From assembly GCF_000150275.1 (NCBI RefSeq), contig NW_002060945.1:73872-137871 (forward strand): a DNA stretch of 64,000 nt, in the 5' to 3' direction. Under the pieces are notes generated by a model, which was given only the letters and a program-made list of their open reading frames with translations, was not told where the DNA came from and searched no databases. This DNA comes from Trichoplax adhaerens (lineage: Eukaryota > Animalia > Placozoa). Shown in pieces: positions 52,494 through 64,000 of the stretch. A program made the position numbers and the translations under genes. Position 1 is the first letter of the stretch. Each line of letters begins with the position of its first letter.

Positions 52494-54094
52494 AGTCAAT
52501 GTACTGTACAGTACAGTACAGTACGTGCATACAGTTCTGTACTGTAATTTTAAAGTGAACCGTCAGGGGCCGTCACTTTTGTCAACACGTAATAATCCAA
52601 ATTGACGTAATCGTACGTAAAAAGAAAGAGAGTGAAACCCGGAAATGGTCGGTCTTTCAGTACTGTACAGTAAAAAATGTCCTGGCTGGGTATTTTACTG
52701 TACCGTGTGTCTGCAACCCTACACTATACTATCTAGGTGGAGTGCCAGGTTGAGTTCGGTACGGTTCCAACGATAGAATGGAGTAGAGTGACACCGAAAA
52801 ATAATATAATGAGGGCGTCTATTGTTGTACTGTACCGGTCAAGTCTAGCGACTGCACGAACTGTACTGTATTCTGTATACGGTATTTACATACATGCGCG
52901 CGTTTATACAGTATATATATATATACAGTATCTCTCTCTCTACACAGTTATTTATCGTTGCTTGCCTTGGTGTTTTGCAACATTCCACTGCATGAATTCA
53001 ATTTCACTGGCAGTCTTGCTCCCAAAATTGGATCCTTTCCATTCAATCTCCCAGTGGATTCTTACTATTTACAGGTATAGAAGTAGTTTAAAAGAGAGAG
53101 AGAAAAAGTAAAACTATTTTTTCTAAGGATGCTTTAATCAATGGATTGATTCTTGTTGATGACTGTATCATTGTTGTCCATGCCATGGAAAAGTTGGAAA
53201 TCCTATTTTCCATTCCTTATCATCCAATGACAGTAGTCAAGGGGGTTAATCATAGCTTGCCAGCATGGCGATATCGACCATCTTGAAGGCCTATTTGTCC
53301 TTCTGTACCAATTTTATGTTGTTTTTCTTGTACCATTTCTTATGCGCGTCTATTTTCTTCTGAAGTTTCAACGTTGGAAACGAGAATTGATCAATATTGT
53401 ACAGTACGTCCACAACGACCGTAACGATCAAAATATTTTTACAAACATTGAATTATACATCATGGATGGAGCGATTTGACCATCCTTCTACAATATACTG
53501 TGTATCAGTCATTGACAGCACAGCGGAAGAAAAGTATGAGATGATAGATTGAAGTCCATTTCACTGACTGAGTCAAGTAGATCGGTGGTGTTGGAATTGT
53601 CTCATTTTGGGGCCAATGACTACATACTATATAATTGACTTGAAACTACAATTCTTCTTTATGTACAGTATTCAAGTAACAAGTGCCCATACGTATTCAT
53701 TAGTACTGTACTGTACTTGCGTCAGTCCATTATCCTATTGATTGGATTAGGCTACCATCAATGATGTTTTGAATTCTAGGTCAACATAGCAAATTTATTT
53801 CTCATCAGTCATGCTTAGCAATTCCTAAATGGATTGCACAGGATCGCCTGTAGCGCAACGGATACCGCCTTCCATTGCAAATTATGCTATCCTTGTCATA
53901 TAGGATTGAAAAAAGACGATACAGTTAGTTCTGTCGTGCGGTACTGAAGCACATGAAAATTGGATGGCAATAACTTTTACCTCGATGCAATAATTGATAG
54001 GTCTTTCTTTCATGCTATCACTAAGCCAATTTACTATACAATCGACTTGATCCGACTGTTTGTAGTAGTTGTTAACGTTGTTAACGTGAAATAA

Positions 54095-54310
54095 TTCTAT
54101 TAACAGATCAATTTACTGCGTTTTTATCCTTCATTCCCAGTTCGACTGTATCACAGACCACTCGGTCAATCGAGACTGTATAGTACTGTACAGTATAAAG
54201 GCATCTCTCTTATCAGAAGTTCACCGTTAAAATATCTTGCATCACTGAATTACTTTCCATTAATTAACGGATCAATTTACTGCATTTTTGTCTGTCATTC
54301 CCATTTCTAC
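54095..54310. repeat. Local direct duplication (~165 bp spacing)
   Basis: ATTAAC.GATCAATTTACTGC.TTTTT.TC..TCATTCCCA occurs at ~54098 and ~54263. Confidence 0.7.
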
Positions 54311-57300
54311 CGTACTCTACAGTGTACACGCCACCATGTCTCTTATCAACACCATAGAAGTACAGTATAAAGTCGCCTTACGATTTTATTACAATCATAG
54401 CGGCGACATTAAATGATGTTGTACTGTACTGTGCTGTACAGCATTACTTGCATTGGCCTTTAGGAGTACTATCGATTTTTATCGGGTGATGGACGTTTTA
54501 CTTTTTAGTACTTTTTAATTAATTAATTAAATCATAGCCTTCATCATGCTTATGATATATTCGCATGGCGATGCACTCCTTCAAAGTTCGCCAAAAATGA
54601 AATGGTACTGTTTCGTAGTAAATTGTGTATGATGACAAATATGCTTTATTAGAAAACTACCTATAGTAACATCAGCATTGATATTTCATTTCGTCATTCA
54701 TGCTGTTGCAAATTTTTTTATTGCTAAAGGTATTAGGAACGATAGCAAAGTCAACATTTACATACCTTTAACCGTACGTTGATACATATTCCAGTCGTAT
54801 AATTTACTGGATTACAGTGTATCACAATACAGATAGAGCGTACTTGACTCTTGCTCAATAGGCAAAGTTCTAATGTGTATGGGAGAAATATTGCGCCGAA
54901 ATAGTCTGTATTTTGGCAACTTCAAGATAGATAATTGTAATGAAAATTGACCCTGATGGCTGTTTGATTAATTAAAATAAAATAAATAATGTAACAAATA
55001 TAAGACAGTAATACGGATGAGCTTTACACCAATCTGCTCTATGGGATCTTATTTTTGAATTTTCCACCTGGCAGTTGTTAAAATAGAGTACGCTTATGTA
55101 CGTACTGTATATACTGTATATACCGACAAAATACCTATTTATTTCATACACTGGCATACATTTAATGTGGCATACCGTTGACATTACAGTTTAGATTCAT
55201 GCTTGAGCAGATTGCATGTGTTCCTATCACTAGCAGTAAGTTGCACGATGGCGTTTCACCTGCATACATACGTGCATTAAACTCTCAGTTTTGTTGGGAC
55301 ATTCATCTTGGACAATATCGTGCAACAAGTTTATACCTGAGTGATCTACCTTGACCTTTGAATTGTTTTTTTAGTACGTCTTGCATAGACGGTGATAAAT
55401 TATAGAAGGATGTCACAAGTAGAAGCCCTATACTTTTTCGTAAACTGACTACGATGATGTAATGGTCAATGGAGTAAATGCTTTATTACTTTTTGACAGT
55501 TCATCGCTTTTACCAATCGTTCATGGAAAGTCATTATGACAGTTGTTTATTGACTATTCTACTAGTAAAATCAAAACGTGATTACTGTATTGAACATTTT
55601 CTAGTCCATCGGACGGTTCGACTATTGATTAATTTATCCCTTGTGGGATTGATATACTCATTGAACGTCTAGTATCCACGGTCGACTTACAATCGATTCA
55701 CGGTTGAGGAAGTATTCTATAGCTAAAAGCATATCCAGCTTAATTGTATGCCGAGTATTCTGTTTCAATGCTACTGTACAATAACAAGACCATCTGTTGT
55801 GAGGCCTTATCTCATTGACGATGCACCTGTGCTGATTGATAATTTCCAATTATGAGTGTATTATTGATTCTTTTTCATGATGAAACACCGCAAGGAAAAT
55901 ATGACTTGCTCTTCATTTACTGTGTACACTATATGATGGTAAGCTTTGTTTTTGGGGGGATTGAAATTAAATTTCAATTACAGTCCACATTGGTAGCGAT
56001 CCATTCTCCCTCTAGAGGTTGTCTTTTTATTTAAATAATATTAATGCTCCCTATTAACTATAATATAGCGTAATTGATATGGATGAAAGAGATTCTGCCA
56101 GCTTTACTTATTTGTGCAAGGTTAATATTGTTTTTGCGCCTTGTGTAAGGACTTCCAGTTATAAAAGTGTACTGACTGTACAGTACATTGATTGGCTTGG
56201 CTAGGTGCAGTGGATTTGAGCTTACTGTATACAGCAGTACTTTATTATTAATTATTTTATAAATGATTATGACTAACGTAAGGAAAGGTCATTTAATGCG
56301 CTACGCTACCACTTACTATGTACTCCACATTAGCAAATCTGCCTACCCAAGCCCTATATCGAGTCTTGAAACACAGTGTGACTCCATATAAGTTTTACGT
56401 CATACAATGTTAAAATAGCTTTATATAAGCGTATTACGTGGTTGGCCTGCTCACCCGCTGAGAAAAAGTATGAATGACTACCTATAGTTAGGTATCAAGA
56501 AAGAAGATTTGTAAAAAAAACTTCACGGTTTCTATTACCTGCAATAGTCTTTCTGTCTTAGAGGAATCGTTTTAGAGGATTGAAAGAAAGATCCATGACC
56601 ATAATTGAGCGTGTAATGCACTCTACATCAATAATATTATTAATAATTCACACAGCAGTTTTTGCACTGGTATCAATGCTTGAGTAAATTGAGTTGCTGT
56701 TAATGAAAAATAATTTAAACGAGCATAATCCATCTAAAGCATATAAACTACTTTTAATGCCAGTGTCTGGAAATTGTTTGCTAGATACAGGCGTAACAAC
56801 AGTGAAGCGCAAAGAGAAATTATGGTTATAGGAAAATATTGCACGGGCTACTGGAAAAAACATTTTCCCTTAAGAATAAACTTACTTCTATACAGTATAT
56901 AATTATATAATTAGAGAGGAGAAACATTTTTTTGGGCTGTGTTCCATGTTGCACAATGTTTACTGTACCAACACAGTGACCGAAGTAAAAATAAATAATG
57001 GTGATAGACTTCCAAGTACAGGACGGTACCATACTGTAGAAAATCTGAAACAAATCTCGTCAGAACATTACATCATAGTGCAGTGCAGTACACGCGTGTG
57101 CTATAGAAAGTGCAACAACTAGTCGGGGTAGTACTTCATGAAGAAAATTGCACTGGATCCTCCTGCCTGACATCCTTCTCTTCATATCTATTCGATTGAG
57201 TCACTAGCCAGCTGTTCATTGATGGATACATTACTGTAGATATGATTTAGTAATAATATCCACACCCGATCGGTAATTAAATAAATAAATGTAAACGTAT

Positions 57301-58092
57301 TGCTAAAATTTGCTGTAAACGTCTATAGTTGACTTCAACGATAACACGGACAGCCTTTTATCAATATAAAGCAATCAAATCGATGGTTGACTACCGTACA
57401 GGCAGTGTAAGCTTATAAACGTTCTACTGCAACTATCATCTTTAGAATACGATCACTTTGTCTGGGTATTTCATCAGGCCTATATTAGTCATCCTGTTGA
57501 ACGTATACGAATGTTAGAATACTGTACTGTTTGACTTTTCATTTCCTGTTAACTATGCATTATTGTCCATGATAAACAATTATTTATCTAAGCTTATTAA
57601 CAATGCAACTGCTATACATGGCGATATTACTATCAATGTATTTCTATTATCGGTCTTCCGAAACCTGTGCAGAAAAGCTCTCGACACTATACGAACTAAA
57701 CAGTAGCCTTTTACTTCTTTACTAAATACGTCACCTTCAATAATAATAACATGATTAATCAATTTCAATCCTGAGTCAACGTAACATAGAAATAATAGAA
57801 AATACAGTATATACTGTGTAAAATTATTTACAGTTTAGAACTTATTACGTATCCTCTATTGCTTATTGTTCACTAGACAGATTTTTAACCATTGGCAACG
57901 AAAACTCAACAACCATTAAATCCACTGGTCATTGTCAACGTCTTCTTCTAGCCACCGGACTACACGTACTCTAAAGCAGTATTTTTTCTCAAAACGTTGA
58001 AAGAACAAAATTACCTACATTAAAGATTGAATTAAATCCGCTACCTTATTTCACTTCAATACCGGACTAACGAAAAATACATCGTAGTAAAG

Positions 58093-60158
58093 ATGAAGAA
58101 ACCCTTCGTAGCCAAAGTTAAATGGATCGTCGTATGCATATTGTTATGTTACCTATACCAAGTCGAATCATTACGCGATATTCGCGATTTAGCACCAAGA
58201 AATCATACCTGCGATATCGCGGTTATGCAGGCTAAATATATTAGATTTGAAGCTGTACCTTGTGCTGTATGTGGTACAGCTATAGCGCTGGCATTCTTAT
58301 TGGCCATATTTGGTAAGATTTCTTACATTGATGTAGCATTTTAACCTAGTAAATCGAAGGCTACAAACCCATCTTGAACGATAGATGTTAGAAGTAATTC
58401 TTATTTTAAAATCTCTATCAGTTTGTACAGTACGTGTTTAATTAATATTCGCGTAGTAAATTAATCAAAATGTCTCTTACAAGTTGGGCACCACTTAAAT
58501 TTTATTTTTGTGAACTATTCTAGGTTATCGTTATTATAAAGCAGGAATGTTTCTAATTGCTTTTACGCCTGCTTCCATCGCAGCTTTTGCGATTTCTTTG
58601 AGTGTTTCAACATTACGAATTGAATACTGTGCCATGATTGCATTTGGTTCTGGCATTGTCATAGGCTTATTAATTGCGTTCTTACCTCAGCTAGGCCTTT
58701 TTGTTAACGGTTTCGTTTTAGGAGCCATTATTGGTGGTTGTGCATTAATAGGAGTCACAGAGGTAACAAAAAGTTTAAAGAAAAGATTACTAATTCAAAA
58801 CATTACTTACTCTACGATCATAATGAAATAAATAATCGTACTATTTCGGATAACGTCATCAAGACTAATTGATTAGTCAATACCTTATAGTAGTATTATA
58901 CGTACATTACATACACTTTGCAATGATTGTTTAAATATTTTTTAAACGATTAAAATTGCCTCTTAATTCTAATTTCTTCTTGCGATAGCCATTAACTTAT
59001 CCCTAACATTCTTCCATTTACTGTATGCGCATATTCAGTTACTACCATCATATTCATTTTGGATTCCAATTGGAACCGTGTCAGTCACTGGTTTAATTGG
59101 TGCTGGTCTCAGCCTTAAATGGCAAAAAGTTTGCATGATTTTGGCGTCAGCAGCAGTAGCTGGAGCAGCTGCTACCGCTGGAGCGGATTACTTTGTTGAT
59201 AACTTTACACTTATCATTAACGCTTGGGAAAGGATTGCCTTTGGAAGGGTCATACCGCTGTGTTGGTATTCGTGGGCAACATTAGGCTTGCTACCTGCAT
59301 TCCTCATTCTTGGAAGCGTTATTCAACTTCTATGCACTGGGCGCGACTTTGAACATGACATTAGCGGAGGTCGGCTACCATTTTAATAAAAATATTAAAT
59401 TGTGTCTTGAAATTATCATTGCACTGAAAGCTTAATGTAGTTGTAATACATTTCTGTTCGTGCTTAGACATATACATCATTAATATTATTATTATTTTTG
59501 AAGGGCTTTATTTGTGTACAATATTAACATACTCGTATGTATTCTTTAACTTTTTTTACAGTTCATGTCAGGATTAATAGAAAAAGCTCAACATATAAAC
59601 CTAAAAAATATCAACATACTCCAAAAGAACCAAAACTTAGGTCGTCCAATAATAATCATCATCATAATGGACATCATCACTCTAATAATGCGCATCGCTC
59701 TTCCAATAATGGGAATCGCTCTTCTCATAACGGAAATCGTTCCTCCAACCATGAGCATCGCTCATCGCGTGACGATAACCGTAATAATCGCCATTCTGGT
59801 CATCAGAAACGACATCATCGTAGCAATGGGCACGCGCGTGCTGAAGGAGAAGTACATGTCAAGGAGAGCGTTGTTAGTATTTATCCTCGCAGTAATGTAG
59901 CAAGTAGCAAATTTTCTTACATAATATTGTTTTTGATCAATTAGTGTACCTTTGCAGTATACGGTACTGTACAGTACAGTACATACGTACTAATTTGTAT
60001 AATTAATAATCAAAAACTTATCTATACTCCTAATTATCTTTTTACAGATAAATCCTGTTTATGAAGATACAGCTGCTATAAATACAGCAGTTATGAATAT
60101 GACATATTTCAAACATCCCCAAGAATTACCCATTAAAAAAGCCAAGCGGCAGCAATAG
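58093..60158 (+). CDS. TMEM198: Transmembrane protein 198 (DUF4203 family), 5 exons
   Basis: RFEAVPCAVC...LAIFG|YRYYKAGMFL, GIVIGLL...GLFVNGFVLG, LSLKWQKVCMILASA..GA...GADYFVD and PLCWYSWATLG match the TMEM198 pattern. A His/Asn-rich tail follows, and the last exon INPVYED...KRQQ* ends at 60158. Confidence 0.9.
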
Positions 60159-62106
60159 AAATTTATATTGTACAAAATCCTATTGTCCGCCGATGGCTTT
60201 TCGTTTTGGCTCCATTGCGTCATGTTTTGAATAATAGGGTTTTTGTACTATAGTACGAAGCCAATATTAATAGCAAATATTGTTTATCTTATCATACATG
60301 AATCAATCATGTAGAAACGTATTAGTACCAACTCGCTTTTTAACTTGGCCAATAAAACTCAAGTATACGTCTATACGTAGTATATTACTGTAGTTAGTAA
60401 AATACTAGATATAGCGATCTTAATATAAAATAAACCATTAGCAGATCATAAAAAATAATAATCGATATCCAATACTATCCTGGATGCATAACTAAATTTG
60501 GTTGCTGCTGCTGTAACATGCACTTATACACCAAGGTCTAATAATTAATAAGTATGTTCCATAGCTTGTAAAAAACTAGTACAAGTATAAGATACTACTA
60601 TTGATTACTTGCTTTTATCAATGTTGTATTCGTACAACTCGTCAGCACCTTGCTTGTATAATGTATACCGGATGTTGTATCTTGGTTGGCAATGTAAAGA
60701 CTGATTCTCCACGATGAGTCTAAAACTCATTTTGGCACCTTGAATTCAAATTATGATGATTTAATTTTATTTTTAATCATTAAATATTAATAGAACTACC
60801 TTTTTGAGCATTGGTGACTACATATGAACATTAGAAGTTGGACTTTTTTCTGATATCTATATGTTATTCTGTATCTATAGCGCTGTCTGTTATAAAACAG
60901 TTAAATTTCTTCTATGAGTGTAATGAATATAAACCAATATATCTATATATCGAACAATGTCATGCATCTTTAAATTTCTACTCTCATTAAGAATATTTCT
61001 ATACGACTTTTTAAAATACGTACAATGCCATATCCTTGATTAAAATCAAGCAAAATAAAGCTAATGCTATTACTGAATAGAAATCCTTTACGTTGAAGTT
61101 TGTGTCTTCCGTCTCTCATCTACAAGATATGTTAATCACAATGCGATATTACTGCTCAACTGCTCCTATAGAAACAGTTGTCTGTGTATCTAGACTTTTA
61201 CGTGCATGACTGTCATATCCAAAAGATAGAATTCACGTACGCTGCTACTATAAATAGATATATATGTGTATTGTAAATGTTACTGACAGGGGCAACTAGA
61301 AGATTCGTAACTATACGACTATGCAAGCGAGCGACAGGTATAAAAGTCAACAAAATGTTTACATCATCGTGCACAACAATACGGACAAAATAGAGGCAGC
61401 GAGCTATAAAGATCGAATATTTAATACTATGTAAGGTATAGAATACGCCACTGCGAAGTAAGCAAGCAAGTGACGAAAATTTGTGTTATATAAATTTTAA
61501 ATTAACTTTAACTTTAAACTTGTAAAACAGCATCACTTCGGGAATAACGAGATGAATACTACTTTGGTTTTTATACTCTACGTTACCCATCGTTGATAAA
61601 GTGTTATACCGTTTAACCAACTGGCTATTTCTGTAGATTAGAGTATGTGATAGTGTGCCTGTATCCGGCACTAGAGCTCGGAACTATAGAATCAACATAT
61701 TATCTAAACTTGTGGCCTCATAAATTCACTTCTTTCACTAATTATCGCCAATTCATAAATATGCAATCCATCGGTATATCATTCAAAACAAGAGCATAGA
61801 GCTGTCTATAACTTGCAGTAATAATTCAATCAATAAAATGATAAATAAGGCAGATTAGTATGATTACTTTCTTTAATGTTACTTTAAATTACGTTAAGGC
61901 AAAGGTGAATAAATGACCATTGAACATTATAATTATTTCGGAAGTTATTTTATCCATACATTTTTACATCAACAGATATTATTTTTAATGCATATTAAAA
62001 TATAAAATAGTTATTTCCTGTCAATACAAAATTTTTGAAATTCAAATTTACAAGCCGATTCAAATACCACGAGTCTTGATCTACTAGGTAATCGAGATTA
62101 ATACAG

Positions 62107-64000
62107 TTAAGACATTTTAACTTTAAGAGAATATTGAATTTGACTAATTAAAACATTTAGATCTCCATAAACTTTTAATAATTGTTCAGGTGTTAACGTA
62201 TTCAATTCGCCACGATCAAAATGATCTCGCAATAATTGTGTTAAATCTACAACCGTACGCTCTTGCAAATTGTCATTTTCTATACTTCGATATTGATCTT
62301 CGCTTTCACGCCTAGCTTCATATTGCTCGCGGCCTAGGTTTACCTCAGTGTCCGAATTATTTTTGCAAGCATCGTTATCATCATTTTTTACTACATCATT
62401 ACTATCGTTACAGTTATTATCTTGATTCATGTGATCTTTCGTGATGCTGTCATTCTGGATTTCTTTGCCTTTGATAATTTCATTAGTATCACCACTTAGT
62501 TCACTTTCATTTAAAGAGACTGATAAATCGTCCGATTCATGACTAATGCTTCGAAATGCAGCAGGAACAACAGATTGATCAGTCTCTTGATTACCTTCAT
62601 CAGTTTCAGTTAAGACGATTTTTCCATTAGATTTAACTATTGTCTTAGTATCCTAATTAATAAAAACGTAACCCATTAACGATAATATTTAGTCAATATA
62701 GAAGATTTCTAAAGCGATTAATTAAAAATTAAATTACGTAGTACGATGAATAACCTGTAAATTTTGAAATTTCCTTAAAGCGTTTTTAATATTAGGAATT
62801 TTGGGGGATCGAATAGGTAAAGACTGGACTTGATTTTCGGATAACGAACATAAATCGCCTACTGTACAAATATTCATAGCACGTACAAGTTGTTCTAGTC
62901 CTCTTGAACAAGATAATGACGACATCAAGGATGGTAAAACTTGATTTATTGGCTCTTGGCATTCTACTAGGTCAGGAAATATACAGTTATTACTTAAAAT
63001 TTTATCTTGATATTTCGATATCGGTGTCGAAGGGCTGGCGTTAACAGCATTATCTTTGATGTTAATTGGTGCTACTGGAGATATAACAATATTTTTCTTA
63101 TCTTGGATATCGGAAGTAGTCGTATATCCTACAATATTAACAAATGGGATTTTAATGGAATCTATTATATATAAATACTTTCCATAGAACCTCCATAAAT
63201 AATTACACACTACATTCTAAGAGTATTGTTGATTTATTTCTTACCGTTAACGCTGATATCGTCATGGCTAGTTTTAGTCTCAGAAGGAATAGCAAAAGTA
63301 ACGCGACGTGCCTATAAAAAAGAGGACATCAACATAAGAGCACAAATTATGTGATATCACGTAGGCTTCATTCTTGCGTAATAAAGTAACTGAAAATATA
63401 GTTAGTATAATAATTACTTTTCCAGAAGGCGAAGGAGAATCTAAGCTACTCCATCGCTTTAGTATACCAGTTGGCGAGGTTTTGGGAGAAAAAGGTATTG
63501 GAGGGCGTTTTTGTACAGGAGAATTAAGGTTTGCACTTGGAAAAGTAAACTGGATATTATTTTCTTTCGGCGTAATATCTGTACTTGCATCGATTTCCAT
63601 TCGTAGATTGTTGCCGCCACTAAGTGCAGCTTTACCGTCTTCATGATCTGTTACATCGGATGATAATAGCGTTTCACTTGTAGGATAACTGCTGCAGTTA
63701 CCACGTTGTATTTCCGAGTTCTTTTCATTTTTTGCTGATTCAACAATACCCTCCTTCGATTTAACAGGCGACTCTGGTACAACTTTCACTGAGTTATCTT
63801 TTATCGTTGTAGTCGATCCATCCTTTTCTTGTTGTTTTACCCCAACTGAATGAGTGTCGCATTCTTTCAGAATGACTACGAGTGAATCGTTTACACCTAA
63901 TTTCCCATCAGCATCATTCTTCAATGTTTGAGGCTGTAACGCTCGAGTGACTTCATTGATGCTTACAATTTCTACATTAATTAGACAATAAAAGAGAAAT
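62107..64000 (-). CDS. RIF1: RIF1 (replication timing regulatory factor 1), 3' portion; the gene continues beyond the window
   Basis: SPTGILKR...SPSGK|ARRVTFA (SILK/GILK plus RVxF PP1-docking pair) is followed by IFPDLVECQEPINQVLPSL...RGLEQLVRAMNICTVGDLCSLSENQVQSLPIRSPK..NIKNALRKF, the conserved metazoan RIF1 C-terminal domain. Stop at 62107. Confidence 0.92.

Noticed and set aside
52730-52800. GC-richer stretch as a tRNA or SINE
   Set aside because: No cloverleaf and no proper A/B boxes could be formed.
53100-56900. Coding-like fragments as a transposon or gene
   Set aside because: There are multiple stops in all frames and no transposase, RT or other domain motif was recognisable.

Overview
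AT-rich eukaryotic genomic DNA with many short introns and animal-type genes. The compact style suggests an early-branching animal such as a placozoan (Trichoplax-like), but that is inference only. Gene models were spliced by hand from GT-AG sites and reading frames. In order: a single-exon class A GPCR (-); a selenocysteine tRNA gene (-) with an upstream TATA/PSE-like promoter, head-to-head with a ~30-exon kinesin-3 of KIF28/KLP-6 type (+); a Gly-rich multi-pass membrane protein of Tim17/22/23-like appearance (-); GTPBP10/Obg (+); an RBM33-like protein with an RS domain (-); BTBD8 (+); a divergent CDK5-like kinase (+); TMEM198 (+); and the 3' end of RIF1 (-). The most notable points are an AT-AC (U12, minor-spliceosome) first intron with a variant donor and a C-terminal CaaX box in the kinesin, a tRNA-Sec lacking an adjacent oligo-T terminator and followed by a repeat and palindrome array, and a catalytic-loop Lys->Thr change in the CDK5-like kinase. 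Also seen: an NKVE G4 motif in GTPBP10, several degenerate tandem arrays, and an orphan promoter-like island containing a hairpin. No CRISPR array, rRNA gene or intact transposon was recognised.
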